DNA of 64,000 nt from an uncultured Candidatus Bathyarchaeia archaeon (GCA_964484995.1 CAZAHF010000002.1:169-64168), one strand, 5' to 3'. Counted from the stretch's first letter, positions 48,037 through 58,161 are shown. Translations and numbers: made by a program. Notes: generated by a model from the letters alone, not told the origin.

Positions 48037-49269
48037 GTGGTAATGGATGAGAAAGGAGAAATCCAAAAAACCTTTGGTTCTTGTGTAGTTGGAGCGGAAA
48101 AGGTTAAGTTTATAAAAGCAAAGGAAAGACTTCTTAAAGCATCAGTTTTAACAAACGGTGAGTTAAAAGAAGCAGAGTTTGATGAGGCTATAGAAGAAGC
48201 AGTAAAAATTCTTAAAAATTCAAGAAAGCCTTTGGTTTATGGTTGGAGTAATGCTTCATGTGAAGCTATAAGTCTAGGTTTAGAAATTGCTAAAAGACTT
48301 AGAGGAATTTTTGACAGCACTGCAAGTCTTTGTCACGGATACTCCATAACCACAGCTAAGAAGCTAGGTTTTTGGGGAACAAACCTTGAAGAAGTCTTAG
48401 ACTACGCTGATCATGTGATTTTTTGGGGAGTTAACCCTGCAGAAACCTTTCATAGACATACAAGCCGATACTCTGTTTTTCCCAGGGGGGTTGAAGCGCC
48501 TAAAGGTGTAGAAAGTAGAACAATTAGCGTTATTGATGTAAGAGAAACAAAAACAATGAGAATAGCGCATAACAAGCTTCTTATAAGACCGGGAGGAGAC
48601 CTTGAACTTTTCAAGGCTATAGAGGCTTCAATCATTAGAGGTGAAAAAATAACTGGAGATGTTGCTGGTGTGCCTGTTATGAGGCTTCTTAGCTTTATAA
48701 ATGACCTTAAAAAGTCAAGACACTCTACAATCTTTTATGGGCTTGGAGTTATTGGTGGAGGAGCTGCGGAAAAAAATATTAGTGTTCTATATGAGCTTGT
48801 AAAACAATTAAATAATGTTGGAATAAAATGTTCTGTTATACCTATGGCTGGACACTACAATATGGTTGGCTGTGTAGAAACAACCCTAAAAACAACAGGT
48901 TTTCCTTATGCCGTTGATTTTTCAACAAACCCGCCAACCCATAACCCAAATCAAACATCCGTTATCCCCGTTCTTTTAAATGAAAGAGTTGATTCAGCTT
49001 TAATTGTTGGTGCGGATCCTCTAGCTCATCTTCCAGCTAAGGCTGCTGAAAGTCTCTTAAAAATTCCTTTAATTGTTCTAGATTTTGTTGAAAGTTTAAC
49101 TGTGAGGAAGGCTAAGCTTAGGATACCAGTAGCAATAACTGGTGTTGAGGCTGGTGGGACAGTTTATAGGTTAGATGGAAAAGAAGTAAAGCTTTCACCA
49201 ATTCTTAAACCACCGGAAGGGATAAAGTCAGACGAGGAAGTTTTATCAGCAATTTTAAGTAGATTATAA
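48037..49269 (+). CDS. fwdB: FwdB/FmdB-like molybdopterin/tungstopterin oxidoreductase catalytic subunit (start codon uncertain; conserved N-terminal Cys motif lies upstream, see findings)
   Basis: KPLVYGWSNASCEAISLGLEIA...ASLCHGYS matches FwdB; in-frame upstream VCTGCSLLCDDI matches the FwdB [4Fe-4S] motif. Confidence 0.75.
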   Translation: MVMDEKGEIQKTFGSCVVGAEKVKFIKAKERLLKASVLTNGELKEAEFDEAIEEAVKILKNSRKPLVYGWSNASCEAISLGLEIAKRLRGIFDSTASLCHGYSITTAKKLGFWGTNLEEVLDYADHVIFWGVNPAETFHRHTSRYSVFPRGVEAPKGVESRTISVIDVRETKTMRIAHNKLLIRPGGDLELFKAIEASIIRGEKITGDVAGVPVMRLLSFINDLKKSRHSTIFYGLGVIGGGAAEKNISVLYELVKQLNNVGIKCSVIPMAGHYNMVGCVETTLKTTGFPYAVDFSTNPPTHNPNQTSVIPVLLNERVDSALIVGADPLAHLPAKAAESLLKIPLIVLDFVESLTVRKAKLRIPVAITGVEAGGTVYRLDGKEVKLSPILKPPEGIKSDEEVLSAILSRL

Positions 49270-49284
49270 GAGGAAGGAAAAAAT

Positions 49285-49692
49285 ATGAGTCGCCCTTCAC
49301 GAGATGAATATTATATTGCTATTGCAAAACAAGTTTCTACACGTAGTACTTGCTTGAAAAGAAGTGTAGGAGCAATAATAGTTGTTGGGGATATGATTGT
49401 TGCAACAGGTTATAATGGAGCTCCAAGAGGAGAACCACACTGTATAGATATAGGTTCTTGTGCAAGAGAAGGACAGCCTAGGGGTCATGGCTATGAGGAT
49501 TGTAGAGGTGTTCATGCTGAAACAAACGCGTTACTAATGGCTGCAAAACACGGTATATCTGTTAATGGTGGAACAATGTATGTAACAGCTAAACCATGTA
49601 ACATCTGCAGAAAACTAATGAAACAGGCAGGAATATCCAAAGTTGTTTATCTTGATGAAGATGGAAACATGCAAACTATGACAATAGGTTAA
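49285..49692 (+). CDS. dCMP/cytidine deaminase family protein
   Basis: HAETNAL zinc-binding motif and PCNICRKL; 135 aa. Confidence 0.8.
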   Translation: MSRPSRDEYYIAIAKQVSTRSTCLKRSVGAIIVVGDMIVATGYNGAPRGEPHCIDIGSCAREGQPRGHGYEDCRGVHAETNALLMAAKHGISVNGGTMYVTAKPCNICRKLMKQAGISKVVYLDEDGNMQTMTIG

Positions 49693-49707
49693 ATAAAGGT
49701 TTATTTT

Positions 49708-50637
49708 TTAGGTTCTAGGTCCCAACCCAAAATTTTCACTTTCCCTATCTATACGCTCCTGAATCTTCTCTATCTCATCATCAGTTAAGTGAGCAAACCT
49801 TCCTTGAAGCTTTAAATACTCTTTTACGTGTTTCCTTTTAGGAACTTTAACTGTTAGATTAAATTTTCCGTTCTCAATTTCATATAGTGGGAAAACCCCT
49901 GTTTGAACAGCTAGCCTAGCAACTTTTATTGATATATTAGAGGGAATTCTCCAACCAGGAATACATGGGCAAAGCACATGGACATAGGCTGGACCTTCAA
50001 TTTCAACAGCTTTTTTAACCTTGTTAACAAGGTCAAGCGGGTAGGCAGGACATGCGGTAGCAACATACGGAATTCCGTGAGCAGCTACTATTGCTGGCAA
50101 ATTTTTTTTCCATTGAAGTTTTCCTCTTATAACTTTACCTACTGCTGAGGTTGTTGTCCATGCACCGTAAGGTGTTGAACCTGACCTTTGAATTCCAGTA
50201 TTCATGTAGGCTTCATTGTCAAGACAAACATAAAGAAGATCATGGCCTCTTTCTAAAGCTCCAGATAAGGCTTGAAAACCTATATCTGCTGTTCCTCCAT
50301 CTCCAGCAATAGCAACAACATGAATCTTCCTTTTTTCAATTTTGCCTTTACGCATTAAAACTTTAAGAGCAGCTTCAACACCTGAGGCTACTGCTGCAGC
50401 GTTTTCAAAGGCTACATGATACCATGGAACAGCCCATGAGGTGTATGGGTAAGGTGAAGAAACAACTTCAAGACATCCTGTTGGAGAAATCACAATACAG
50501 TCAGGACCTACAGCCTTCATTATGTGTCTAACAGCAATAGTCTCACCACAACCAGAACATGCACGATGCCCTTGAACAAAAAGCTCTTCCCTTGGAAGAT
50601 CCTTTAAATTTTTAAAGTAAACTTTTTTTTCAGACAT
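49708..50637 (-). CDS. porB: pyruvate/2-oxoacid:ferredoxin oxidoreductase beta subunit (TPP-binding)
   Basis: 309 aa; N-terminal CSGCGE Cys motif and TPP-binding GDG...N region; last gene of a G-D-A-B operon. Confidence 0.9.
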   Translation of the reverse strand: MSEKKVYFKNLKDLPREELFVQGHRACSGCGETIAVRHIMKAVGPDCIVISPTGCLEVVSSPYPYTSWAVPWYHVAFENAAAVASGVEAALKVLMRKGKIEKRKIHVVAIAGDGGTADIGFQALSGALERGHDLLYVCLDNEAYMNTGIQRSGSTPYGAWTTTSAVGKVIRGKLQWKKNLPAIVAAHGIPYVATACPAYPLDLVNKVKKAVEIEGPAYVHVLCPCIPGWRIPSNISIKVARLAVQTGVFPLYEIENGKFNLTVKVPKRKHVKEYLKLQGRFAHLTDDEIEKIQERIDRESENFGLGPRT

Positions 50638-50639
50638 CT

Positions 50640-51833
50640 CTACTCCCTCACCTGTAGAAAAACAAAATTTTTCTCTATTTTTTCACCTTTCAAAACTTTT
50701 TCAGCTAAACTCATAAACTCATCAACCCTTATGTCTCTACCGCCTAAACCAGCAATAAACCCAAAAATTTTAGGTTTAACATCTAAATCGTAGAAGACAG
50801 ATCTAATCTCATTAAATATGGGTCCACCAAATCCACCTGGAGAAAAAGCCTTATCAACAACAGCTAACGCCTTAAGGTTTTTTGTTGCCTCTATAAGCTC
50901 CTCAACCGGGAAAGGTCTAAAAAGTCTTAGTTTAATTAGTCCAACCCTCCTACCCTTTTCTCTAAGCTTATCTACAGCTATTCTTGCAGTTCCACAGTGT
51001 CCACCCATCATAAGGATTGCTACCTCCGCATCCTCAACCCTATAAGGCTCAATAACATCATAGTATCTTCCAAAAAGATCTCCATATTCCTTCCAAACTT
51101 CCTTTATTACTGTTTTAGAGTTTTGAAGAGCTTTTTCAAGCTGATATTTAAGTTCTGTTTGAATATCTGGAAGCCCTATAGGCCCCCATGTTGTTGGATT
51201 GTCTGGGTGGAGAGCATATTTAGGTATTCTTTTTGGTGGAAGAAACCTGTTAACCTCTTCTTGATCTAAAGCTATCAAAGATTCAATTACATGGGTAACA
51301 TAAAAACCGTCAAAATTAACTGCAACAGGAAGAAGAACCCTTTCATCCTCAGCTATCTTAAAGGCTTGAAGAGTAAAATCAAAAACTTCCTGTGCGTTTT
51401 CACCATACAACTGAATCCAACCACAATCTCTTGAACCCATCATGTCGCTTTGATCTCCCCAAATACTTAGGTTTGGAGAAAGACATCTGTTTGCAACAGC
51501 CATAACTATGGGAAGCCTATTACCCGCAGCAATAAAAAGCATCTCATGCATTAAAGCAAGCCCTTGGCCTGCTGTAGCTGTAAAGCATCTTGCACCAACA
51601 GCAGCAGCTCCTATACATGCACTCATAGCCGAATGTTCAGACTCAACATTTATATATTCAGCATCAAGCTCCCCATTAGCAACATATTCTGAAAGCTTTT
51701 CTACAATATGGGTTTGAGGTGTTATTGGGTAGGCTGCAATAACATCAACATTTGCAAGTTTAACTGCAAGTGAAATTGCATGAGAACATTCAATTGCTAT
51801 TCTTTTAGCCAAACTACTCTTCACCCTCCTCAA
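50640..51833 (-). CDS. porA: pyruvate/2-oxoacid:ferredoxin oxidoreductase alpha subunit
   Basis: 397 aa; typical PorA pattern; 3 nt upstream of porB. Confidence 0.9.
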   Translation of the reverse strand: MRRVKSSLAKRIAIECSHAISLAVKLANVDVIAAYPITPQTHIVEKLSEYVANGELDAEYINVESEHSAMSACIGAAAVGARCFTATAGQGLALMHEMLFIAAGNRLPIVMAVANRCLSPNLSIWGDQSDMMGSRDCGWIQLYGENAQEVFDFTLQAFKIAEDERVLLPVAVNFDGFYVTHVIESLIALDQEEVNRFLPPKRIPKYALHPDNPTTWGPIGLPDIQTELKYQLEKALQNSKTVIKEVWKEYGDLFGRYYDVIEPYRVEDAEVAILMMGGHCGTARIAVDKLREKGRRVGLIKLRLFRPFPVEELIEATKNLKALAVVDKAFSPGGFGGPIFNEIRSVFYDLDVKPKIFGFIAGLGGRDIRVDEFMSLAEKVLKGEKIEKNFVFLQVRE

Positions 51834-52125
51834 CCATTGTTATTGCTTTAACAGGACACTCCTCAGCACAAATCCCGCAACCCTTACAATAGTCAAGGTT
51901 AACCTCAACACTACCATCTTTAAACCACGTTATAGCTGCGTCGGGACAATAAGTCCAACATAAACCACAGCGAGTACACTTACTCTTATCGATTACAGGC
52001 CTAAAACTTCTCCAATCTCCAGTTAAATAGAAACGAGAGGTAGAAGGTTTAGGGATTATGGATGCAATAGGTAGTTCTTTCCATGTTGGTTTAAGGTTTA
52101 ACTTAAACTCGTTTTTTTGACTCAT
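51814..52125 (-). CDS. porD: pyruvate/2-oxoacid:ferredoxin oxidoreductase delta subunit (2x[4Fe-4S])
   Basis: CTRCGLCWTYCP and CKGCGICAEECP motifs; 103 aa. Confidence 0.85.
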   Translation of the reverse strand: MSQKNEFKLNLKPTWKELPIASIIPKPSTSRFYLTGDWRSFRPVIDKSKCTRCGLCWTYCPDAAITWFKDGSVEVNLDYCKGCGICAEECPVKAITMVEEGEE

Positions 52126-52128
52126 ACA

Positions 52129-52683
52129 TTATTCACCCACCAAAACTGTTTCTTTATAGGCTCGAATAACAGCCTCCACATTTTTCTCACCAATTTTACC
52201 TGTAAACCTCTCCTTAACAGCCTCAAGAACAGAGTCAAGTTTAAGAATATTTGTTGTTTTAAGAAAAGCACCAAGCATAGCCGTGTTAACTACAGGAATA
52301 CCTATAACATCTAAAGCTATTCTTGTAGCATTAACAGTTGCAGTCCTAAATTTAAACCCATACTTTTCTTTAACCTCACCAGGTTTTTTTGATGTGTTTA
52401 AGATAACAGACCCATTTGATTTTAAACCTTCAACAACATTCACATTTTTAAGTAAAGTTGGATCAAGAACCACAACAACATCAGGCTCGTATACATCAGA
52501 ACGAGTCCATATAGGTTTTTCATCAAACCTGTTGAACGCAACTACTGGTGCACCCCTTCTTTCAGGACCAAAAGATGGAAAAGCTTGAGCATATTTTCCC
52601 TCGTTTATAGCTGCATGAGCTAAAATTTCAGCGGCAGTAACAGCACCTTGACCTCCTCTTCCATGCCATCTTACCTCAATCAT
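52129..52683 (-). CDS. porG: pyruvate/2-oxoacid:ferredoxin oxidoreductase gamma subunit
   Basis: 184 aa; N-terminal RWHGRGGQGAVTAAEIL typical of PorG. Confidence 0.85.
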   Translation of the reverse strand: MIEVRWHGRGGQGAVTAAEILAHAAINEGKYAQAFPSFGPERRGAPVVAFNRFDEKPIWTRSDVYEPDVVVVLDPTLLKNVNVVEGLKSNGSVILNTSKKPGEVKEKYGFKFRTATVNATRIALDVIGIPVVNTAMLGAFLKTTNILKLDSVLEAVKERFTGKIGEKNVEAVIRAYKETVLVGE

Positions 52684-52771
52684 GTCTAAATCATCCCAAA
52701 TTTACAGCCACGTAAACTTTTAATCTTATAATTATTTGTAGATTTAAGTTTATACGCTTTACTTTATAACC

Positions 52772-54220
52772 TTAAGCTTTTCTTACTATTTTTTGTAGAA
52801 ACATTATTACAGGTAAAATTTCAAGCCTTCCAACCCACATTTCTATGATAAGCACAACTTTTCCAAGTATGTGTAAGTTTGGAGAAACTATACCAACAGA
52901 TAATCCTACATTTCCCTGAGCTGAAGCTACTTCAAACAAACTGTTTATAAAACTAAATCCCAGCAAAGTTATTAGAATAGAACCAACTCCAAGAAAAGTA
53001 AGATAGAGAAGAGAGAAAAGAGCAACCTCAATAACCTCAGACTCTTCATATACTTTTCCTCCAACTTTTACAGGTATTATTGCACCTCTTGGAGACCTCA
53101 TCTTTCTTATAAACCATCTGAAAGACCCTAGAACTATAGCTGTCCGAATCAGTTTTATAGCGCTAGAAGTTGAACCGTATCCCCCACCTATAATCATAAG
53201 CATAATAAGTAAGGCTTTAGTAAAATCATCTAAAGCTGCAAGGTTAACCGTGGAAAAACCTGTTCCTGATAAAGCTGAAATACATTGAAAAAAGGATTCT
53301 CTAAGAGCTAGAGGAGAAGCTATATCAGATTTCATCGTTAGATTAAGAAAAACCGTAGTAGAGAAAATAAGGATTAGGCTAAACATCAATTTAACTTCTA
53401 TATTGTGAAAAAACTCACGAAGATGCCCACGTAAAAGTTTGTGGTGAACAGCAAAACTGGTCATTCCAAGTATCATTAAAAACATAACAACAACTTCTAC
53501 ACTTAGGTTATTATAGGCTCCAATACTATTGTTTTTGACTGAAAATCCTCCTGTGGCAATAGCAGTCATCGAATGGTTTATAGCATCAAAAAGAGGTATT
53601 CCAGCAAAATAAAGAAGACAGATACCAATCCCTGTATAAAGAAGATAAATCCACCATATTTCTCTTACCGTTCCTCTAACCGTTGGCTCAAGCTTTTCTG
53701 CTCTGGCTTCAGAAATATAAAGTCTTGCTGCAGCCATACTTGGATGAATTATTATAGCTAACATTAAGACTATAACACCAACTCCACCAACCCACTCAGT
53801 TAAACTACGTAAAAAAAGAAGACTTTTAGGTAGGCTTTCAACATCACTAAACATTGTTAAACCTGTAGCTGTAAAACCTGACATAGCCTCAAAATAGCTT
53901 TCTAAAAAACCAAGTTTAGATATTAAAAGAAAGGGTAATGAACCTATCAGGGGTATCAGAAGCCAAACAAAAGCCGAGAAAAACATAGCATCAACAACAG
54001 TCAACTCATATTTAACATCTCTACCAACATAAAATAGGGTAAAACCAGCAGCTTCAACCAAACCAGCTAACATAAAAAAAGTATTCATCTCAAAACTTTC
54101 GTTAAAAAATGAAGCTACAACACCAGATATAAAGAAAACTACCCCCACAACAATTAGGAGAATACCACAATAACGTGTGTATGCTTTAAGATGTTCTAGG
54201 CTTAAAATCAAAAGTTCCAC
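52772..54220 (-). CDS. trkH: TrkH/KtrB family K+ transporter membrane subunit
   Basis: 482-aa polytopic protein with repeated GFS/GTG selectivity-filter-like segments (TATGLT, ATGGFS, SGTGFS). Confidence 0.75.
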   Translation of the reverse strand: MELLILSLEHLKAYTRYCGILLIVVGVVFFISGVVASFFNESFEMNTFFMLAGLVEAAGFTLFYVGRDVKYELTVVDAMFFSAFVWLLIPLIGSLPFLLISKLGFLESYFEAMSGFTATGLTMFSDVESLPKSLLFLRSLTEWVGGVGVIVLMLAIIIHPSMAAARLYISEARAEKLEPTVRGTVREIWWIYLLYTGIGICLLYFAGIPLFDAINHSMTAIATGGFSVKNNSIGAYNNLSVEVVVMFLMILGMTSFAVHHKLLRGHLREFFHNIEVKLMFSLILIFSTTVFLNLTMKSDIASPLALRESFFQCISALSGTGFSTVNLAALDDFTKALLIMLMIIGGGYGSTSSAIKLIRTAIVLGSFRWFIRKMRSPRGAIIPVKVGGKVYEESEVIEVALFSLLYLTFLGVGSILITLLGFSFINSLFEVASAQGNVGLSVGIVSPNLHILGKVVLIIEMWVGRLEILPVIMFLQKIVRKA

Positions 54221-54720
54221 TAAACCTCTTTTTCATACATCTGAACAAGCATACCTTTTGCTTGTTCATAGGGTTCTCCTTTCTTTTTAAAGCCAAACTT
54301 ATTTACACATTTTATGCTTGCTATTTGGGATGTTAAAATGTTTACAAAAACCCTTTTACATCCTTTTTGTTTCGCATACTGAATAAGCTGCTCATACATT
54401 GCAGATGCCAACCCACGACCTCTATAGGTTGGATGAATTGTTTGATGTTCACCAAAACACGCATCTCCAACTATACTTAACTTGTAAAATCCAACAATTT
54501 TACCGTCTAGTCTTACACCAAAATAATGGTAGCCTTTTTTCATCTCTTCAATAACCTGTTCTCTGCTTAGGGTACGTTTTTTTCTCCATTCTTCAGGATA
54601 TTCTAATGCTTTTGGCCAAACTTCCTTCATTAACTCTGAAAGTTCCTCAGCATCCTTCTCTGTAAACTCTTCAACCTTATATTTGCTCATAGTCTTTCTA
54701 CAAAGGTTCTTCTTCTTCAA
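54220..54720 (-). CDS. GNAT family N-acetyltransferase
   Basis: IHPTYRGRGLASAMYEQL acetyl-CoA binding motif. Confidence 0.75.
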   Translation of the reverse strand: MKKKNLCRKTMSKYKVEEFTEKDAEELSELMKEVWPKALEYPEEWRKKRTLSREQVIEEMKKGYHYFGVRLDGKIVGFYKLSIVGDACFGEHQTIHPTYRGRGLASAMYEQLIQYAKQKGCKRVFVNILTSQIASIKCVNKFGFKKKGEPYEQAKGMLVQMYEKEV

Positions 54721-55753
54721 TAAACACTTTTAAAAGTTTTACTAGGTTTTCAACATCTGTTAGACTTAAAACTTCACTAAAACTATGGACATATCTTGTT
54801 GGAATAGATATCACACATGCGGGTATACCTTTTTGGGTAAGCTGGATTGCTGTTGCGTCTGTTGTTCCACCCTCAACAACCTCAACCTGGTAGGGTATTC
54901 CAAGTTTTTCAGCTAAACCTATAATCTTGTTTCTTAGGTTTATGTTTGAGATAAGCCCTCCAGATAAAGAGTCTCTTCTACCGTCAGCTACCAAGATTGC
55001 TGGTCCTAAGCCAACCTTTACCGGAGACTCGTGTTCTGCAACTTCAGGGTGGTCTGCTGATGTTGTTACATCAACAGCTATCCCTACATCAGGGTTTATG
55101 GAGAACGCTGAAACCGTTGCTCCTCTTAATCCAACTTCTTCTTGAACTGTAAAAACACCATAAACCCTGTTTTTAGGTTTAGACCTTTTTAAAACTTCAA
55201 CCAGAATTGCACATCCAACTCTATCATCAAAAGCTTTTCCGCATACAAGGTTGTTTTTAAGCTGAATTAGGTTTCTATCTAAGGTTATTGGGTCTCCAAC
55301 CTTAACACCAAACTTAACAGCTTCATCCTTGCTTTTTGCACCAATATCAATAAACATTTTATCATAGGTTACTAGCTGTTTTCTTTCATCTTCCTTCATT
55401 AAATGAATAGGCTTACAGCCTATTACTCCATAAAGAGGCCCTTTCTTCGTGTGAACAATAACTCTGCTTCCAAGTAGAAGATGGTCTGAAATACCCCCAA
55501 GTTTTGCAAATCTAAGAAAACCTTTTTCATCTATATGTTTAACGATTAAGCCAATCTCATCCATATGTGCAGCAATCATTATAGATTTTTTGTTTAAACC
55601 TTCTTTAACACAAATAAGGTTTCCAAGCTTATCCGTGTAGATGGAGTTAACAGCATCTTTAAGTTCAGTCTGAATAACGTTACTTACACTATACTCAAAA
55701 CCTGGAACTCCAGGAGCTTCCGACAGCTTTTTTAAAAGTTCAAATAGGCTCAT
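54698..55753 (-). CDS. M42 family aminopeptidase (TET/FrvX/CelM-like)
   Basis: 351 aa; N-terminal LLKKLSEAPGVPGFE; metal-binding HMDEIGL and VQEEVGLRG motifs. Confidence 0.85.
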   Translation of the reverse strand: MSLFELLKKLSEAPGVPGFEYSVSNVIQTELKDAVNSIYTDKLGNLICVKEGLNKKSIMIAAHMDEIGLIVKHIDEKGFLRFAKLGGISDHLLLGSRVIVHTKKGPLYGVIGCKPIHLMKEDERKQLVTYDKMFIDIGAKSKDEAVKFGVKVGDPITLDRNLIQLKNNLVCGKAFDDRVGCAILVEVLKRSKPKNRVYGVFTVQEEVGLRGATVSAFSINPDVGIAVDVTTSADHPEVAEHESPVKVGLGPAILVADGRRDSLSGGLISNINLRNKIIGLAEKLGIPYQVEVVEGGTTDATAIQLTQKGIPACVISIPTRYVHSFSEVLSLTDVENLVKLLKVFIEEEEPL

Positions 55754-55816
55754 TCAAGCACACCAACCTAAAGTTTGCAGAGAGACAAACATAAGCTTTA
55801 GTTTTATCCACCCTAA

Positions 55817-56416
55817 CTAAAACTTTTTTGGTTTATTGAAGCTTAACCCGGATTTTTTAAGGACTTCTGTTAGCCATACTATTTTTGCTGAATGTTCAAC
55901 CATACAAAGATACTGGTAGGCTATATCCATGTACTTAGCAGCAGCAAAAACACCATGAGCTTTTACAACAACCGCATAATAAGTTTTTAAGGTTTGAGCA
56001 ACCTCTTTAGCTAATTCTAAAGAGCCAGGCGGACCTTCAACAACAGGAATCCTTTTTAAAACATAGTAGCCTTCAGTATCAAGCGGAACAATTTCATCCA
56101 TAAAAAATGATAAAGCCACACTATTTGGTGGATGTGCATGTAAAACAGCTAGGTTTGGTGTTTCAAGGTAGATTTGTCTATGAACTATTGTTTCAATTGA
56201 GGCTAGAGCGTCAAAGCTTGAAGGTTTTTCTAGGCTTACCTGAATAACATCTTCTGGTTTAAGATTTTCTAGAGAGGATGCATGTCTGGTAATCCACATT
56301 ATATTTCCACTTTTTATACTTGCATTCCCACCATGAGCTGTAACATACCCTCTTCTAGCAATTCTTAAACAATAATCTTTTAACTCCTCATAAACTTCTT
56401 TCGGAACTCTTGACAT
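55817..56416 (-). CDS. class II aldolase/adducin family protein (fuculose-phosphate aldolase/MtnB-like)
   Basis: 199 aa; zinc-ligand region HAHPPNSVALS and typical N-terminal helix. Confidence 0.7.
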   Translation of the reverse strand: MSRVPKEVYEELKDYCLRIARRGYVTAHGGNASIKSGNIMWITRHASSLENLKPEDVIQVSLEKPSSFDALASIETIVHRQIYLETPNLAVLHAHPPNSVALSFFMDEIVPLDTEGYYVLKRIPVVEGPPGSLELAKEVAQTLKTYYAVVVKAHGVFAAAKYMDIAYQYLCMVEHSAKIVWLTEVLKKSGLSFNKPKKF

Positions 56417-58161
56417 TAGGCTTTTTCACCTAAACCTAAACTTTTAAGTTTATCTTGGGTGGGGAAACCATTTGGCTTCCATCCTCTAACCCGATAATAC
56501 TCTTCAAGCATAGGTTGAAGAGGAACTTTAAACCTTGAGGGAAGCTTATCAGTTTCTCCACCAAGACCAGCTTTAAAGTTAAACATTCTTTCAAGATTCC
56601 ATATTCTTTCACCTATAGTTATCAAAGATTCTTGAGTAAAGGTTTTCCCTGTAACAAGTGTAAGTAAGTTTGCAAACGTTTCCTCGTCAAACTCAAACCC
56701 TAAAAACTTGCATACAACCATACTATCCATAACCACAGCAAAATTTTGCATATAAGCAACAATACTTGGCTTGTTAACAGGTGAAAACCTATCCATAAGA
56801 TAAGGGTAACCTAAAACCTCAACACTGATAAGATAAGCGTTTAAATGACAACCTCCCCTATTAGAGGTGGCATAAGCTAAAGCCTGACCTAAAACTCCAT
56901 CTGGATGGTACATGGGAAGCTCAAGCCCCTTAACCTGCATAGCAGCCTCAACATAACCAAACTTTTCTGAAAAAATTTTTGAGCCTTCAGCCAGCCATCT
57001 ACCTAAACCTTTTTTGTAGGCAATTTCCACAATAAGCCTTTTTACCCTTTCAACATCCCCCCACCTAATTTTTTCATCTAGTAAACCTTTTTCACTAAGC
57101 TCTATTGCACATGCAATTGTTCCACCTGTTGAAATCGTGTCTAACCCAAGACTGTTACATAGGTAGTTTATTTCAGCAACAGCCTCAATATCATCTATTA
57201 AAAGCATAGAGCCAAAAGCACCTAAAGTTTCAAATTCAGGTCCTTCTCCATCATCTTTACTCGTTTTTGTTACCCTTTTACATCCAACAGGACAGTTATA
57301 GCAGCTTTTTCTTTTAACAAAAATTTTTTCTCTAAGAGATTCTCCAGAAATCTTTTCTGCATTCTCAAACCTACTTAGCTGAAAATTTTTTGTTGGAAAA
57401 ATTCTATGTTCATTTATTAGGTTTACTAAGGCGGAGGTTCCATAATAGGCAAGAGCTTTGTCTAAGATAGGGTTCCATGAAATTCTAGCCCTAAAATTTT
57501 TTAAGGCTTTAACCAAGCCTTTTTCATCAGCAATTTTTGGTTTACCTTCCCCTTTTACAGCTATAGCTTTAAGCATCTTAGAACCCATAACTGCACCTAA
57601 GCCACCTCTACCAGCAGCATTACCATATCCACCCATAATACAGGCATACCTAACAAGGTTTTCACCAGCAGGACCAATACAAACAAATGAAAAGTCTTTA
57701 CCCAAATCTTTCTCTAAAATTTTAAAAGTTTCTTTTGTTGTTTTTCCCCACAAATAACTTGCATCCCTTAACTCAAAGCTACCGTTGTCTATGTAAAGAT
57801 AAACAGGTTTTTGAGATTTGCCTCTAACAAGAATACAGTCAAACCCAGCGTTTTTAAGTTTAAATCCAAAAAAACCTCCACAACTTGAATAAAAAATACC
57901 CTTAGTTAAAGGAGATTTAGAGACAACAGAAAATCTTCCAGTTGTAGGTATGAGTGTTGAGGTTAAAGGTCCAACAGCAAAAACAAGGATGTTCTCCTCG
58001 GCAAAAGCCTCTGTTTGTGGGGAAACAGAATCCCATAAAAGTTTTACACCTAAACCTCTACCACCCATAAAACTAAAAAGAGTTGACCTATCAATATCTA
58101 GAATTTTTAAAGTATTAGTTGACAGATTCACAGTTAAACATTTTCCAGTCCAACCGTACAA
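56416..58161 (-). CDS. aor: tungsten-containing aldehyde:ferredoxin oxidoreductase (AOR family)
   Basis: 581 aa; N-terminal MYGWTGKCLTVNLST...GGRGLG, characteristic of AOR family enzymes. Confidence 0.9.
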   Translation of the reverse strand: MYGWTGKCLTVNLSTNTLKILDIDRSTLFSFMGGRGLGVKLLWDSVSPQTEAFAEENILVFAVGPLTSTLIPTTGRFSVVSKSPLTKGIFYSSCGGFFGFKLKNAGFDCILVRGKSQKPVYLYIDNGSFELRDASYLWGKTTKETFKILEKDLGKDFSFVCIGPAGENLVRYACIMGGYGNAAGRGGLGAVMGSKMLKAIAVKGEGKPKIADEKGLVKALKNFRARISWNPILDKALAYYGTSALVNLINEHRIFPTKNFQLSRFENAEKISGESLREKIFVKRKSCYNCPVGCKRVTKTSKDDGEGPEFETLGAFGSMLLIDDIEAVAEINYLCNSLGLDTISTGGTIACAIELSEKGLLDEKIRWGDVERVKRLIVEIAYKKGLGRWLAEGSKIFSEKFGYVEAAMQVKGLELPMYHPDGVLGQALAYATSNRGGCHLNAYLISVEVLGYPYLMDRFSPVNKPSIVAYMQNFAVVMDSMVVCKFLGFEFDEETFANLLTLVTGKTFTQESLITIGERIWNLERMFNFKAGLGGETDKLPSRFKVPLQPMLEEYYRVRGWKPNGFPTQDKLKSLGLGEKA

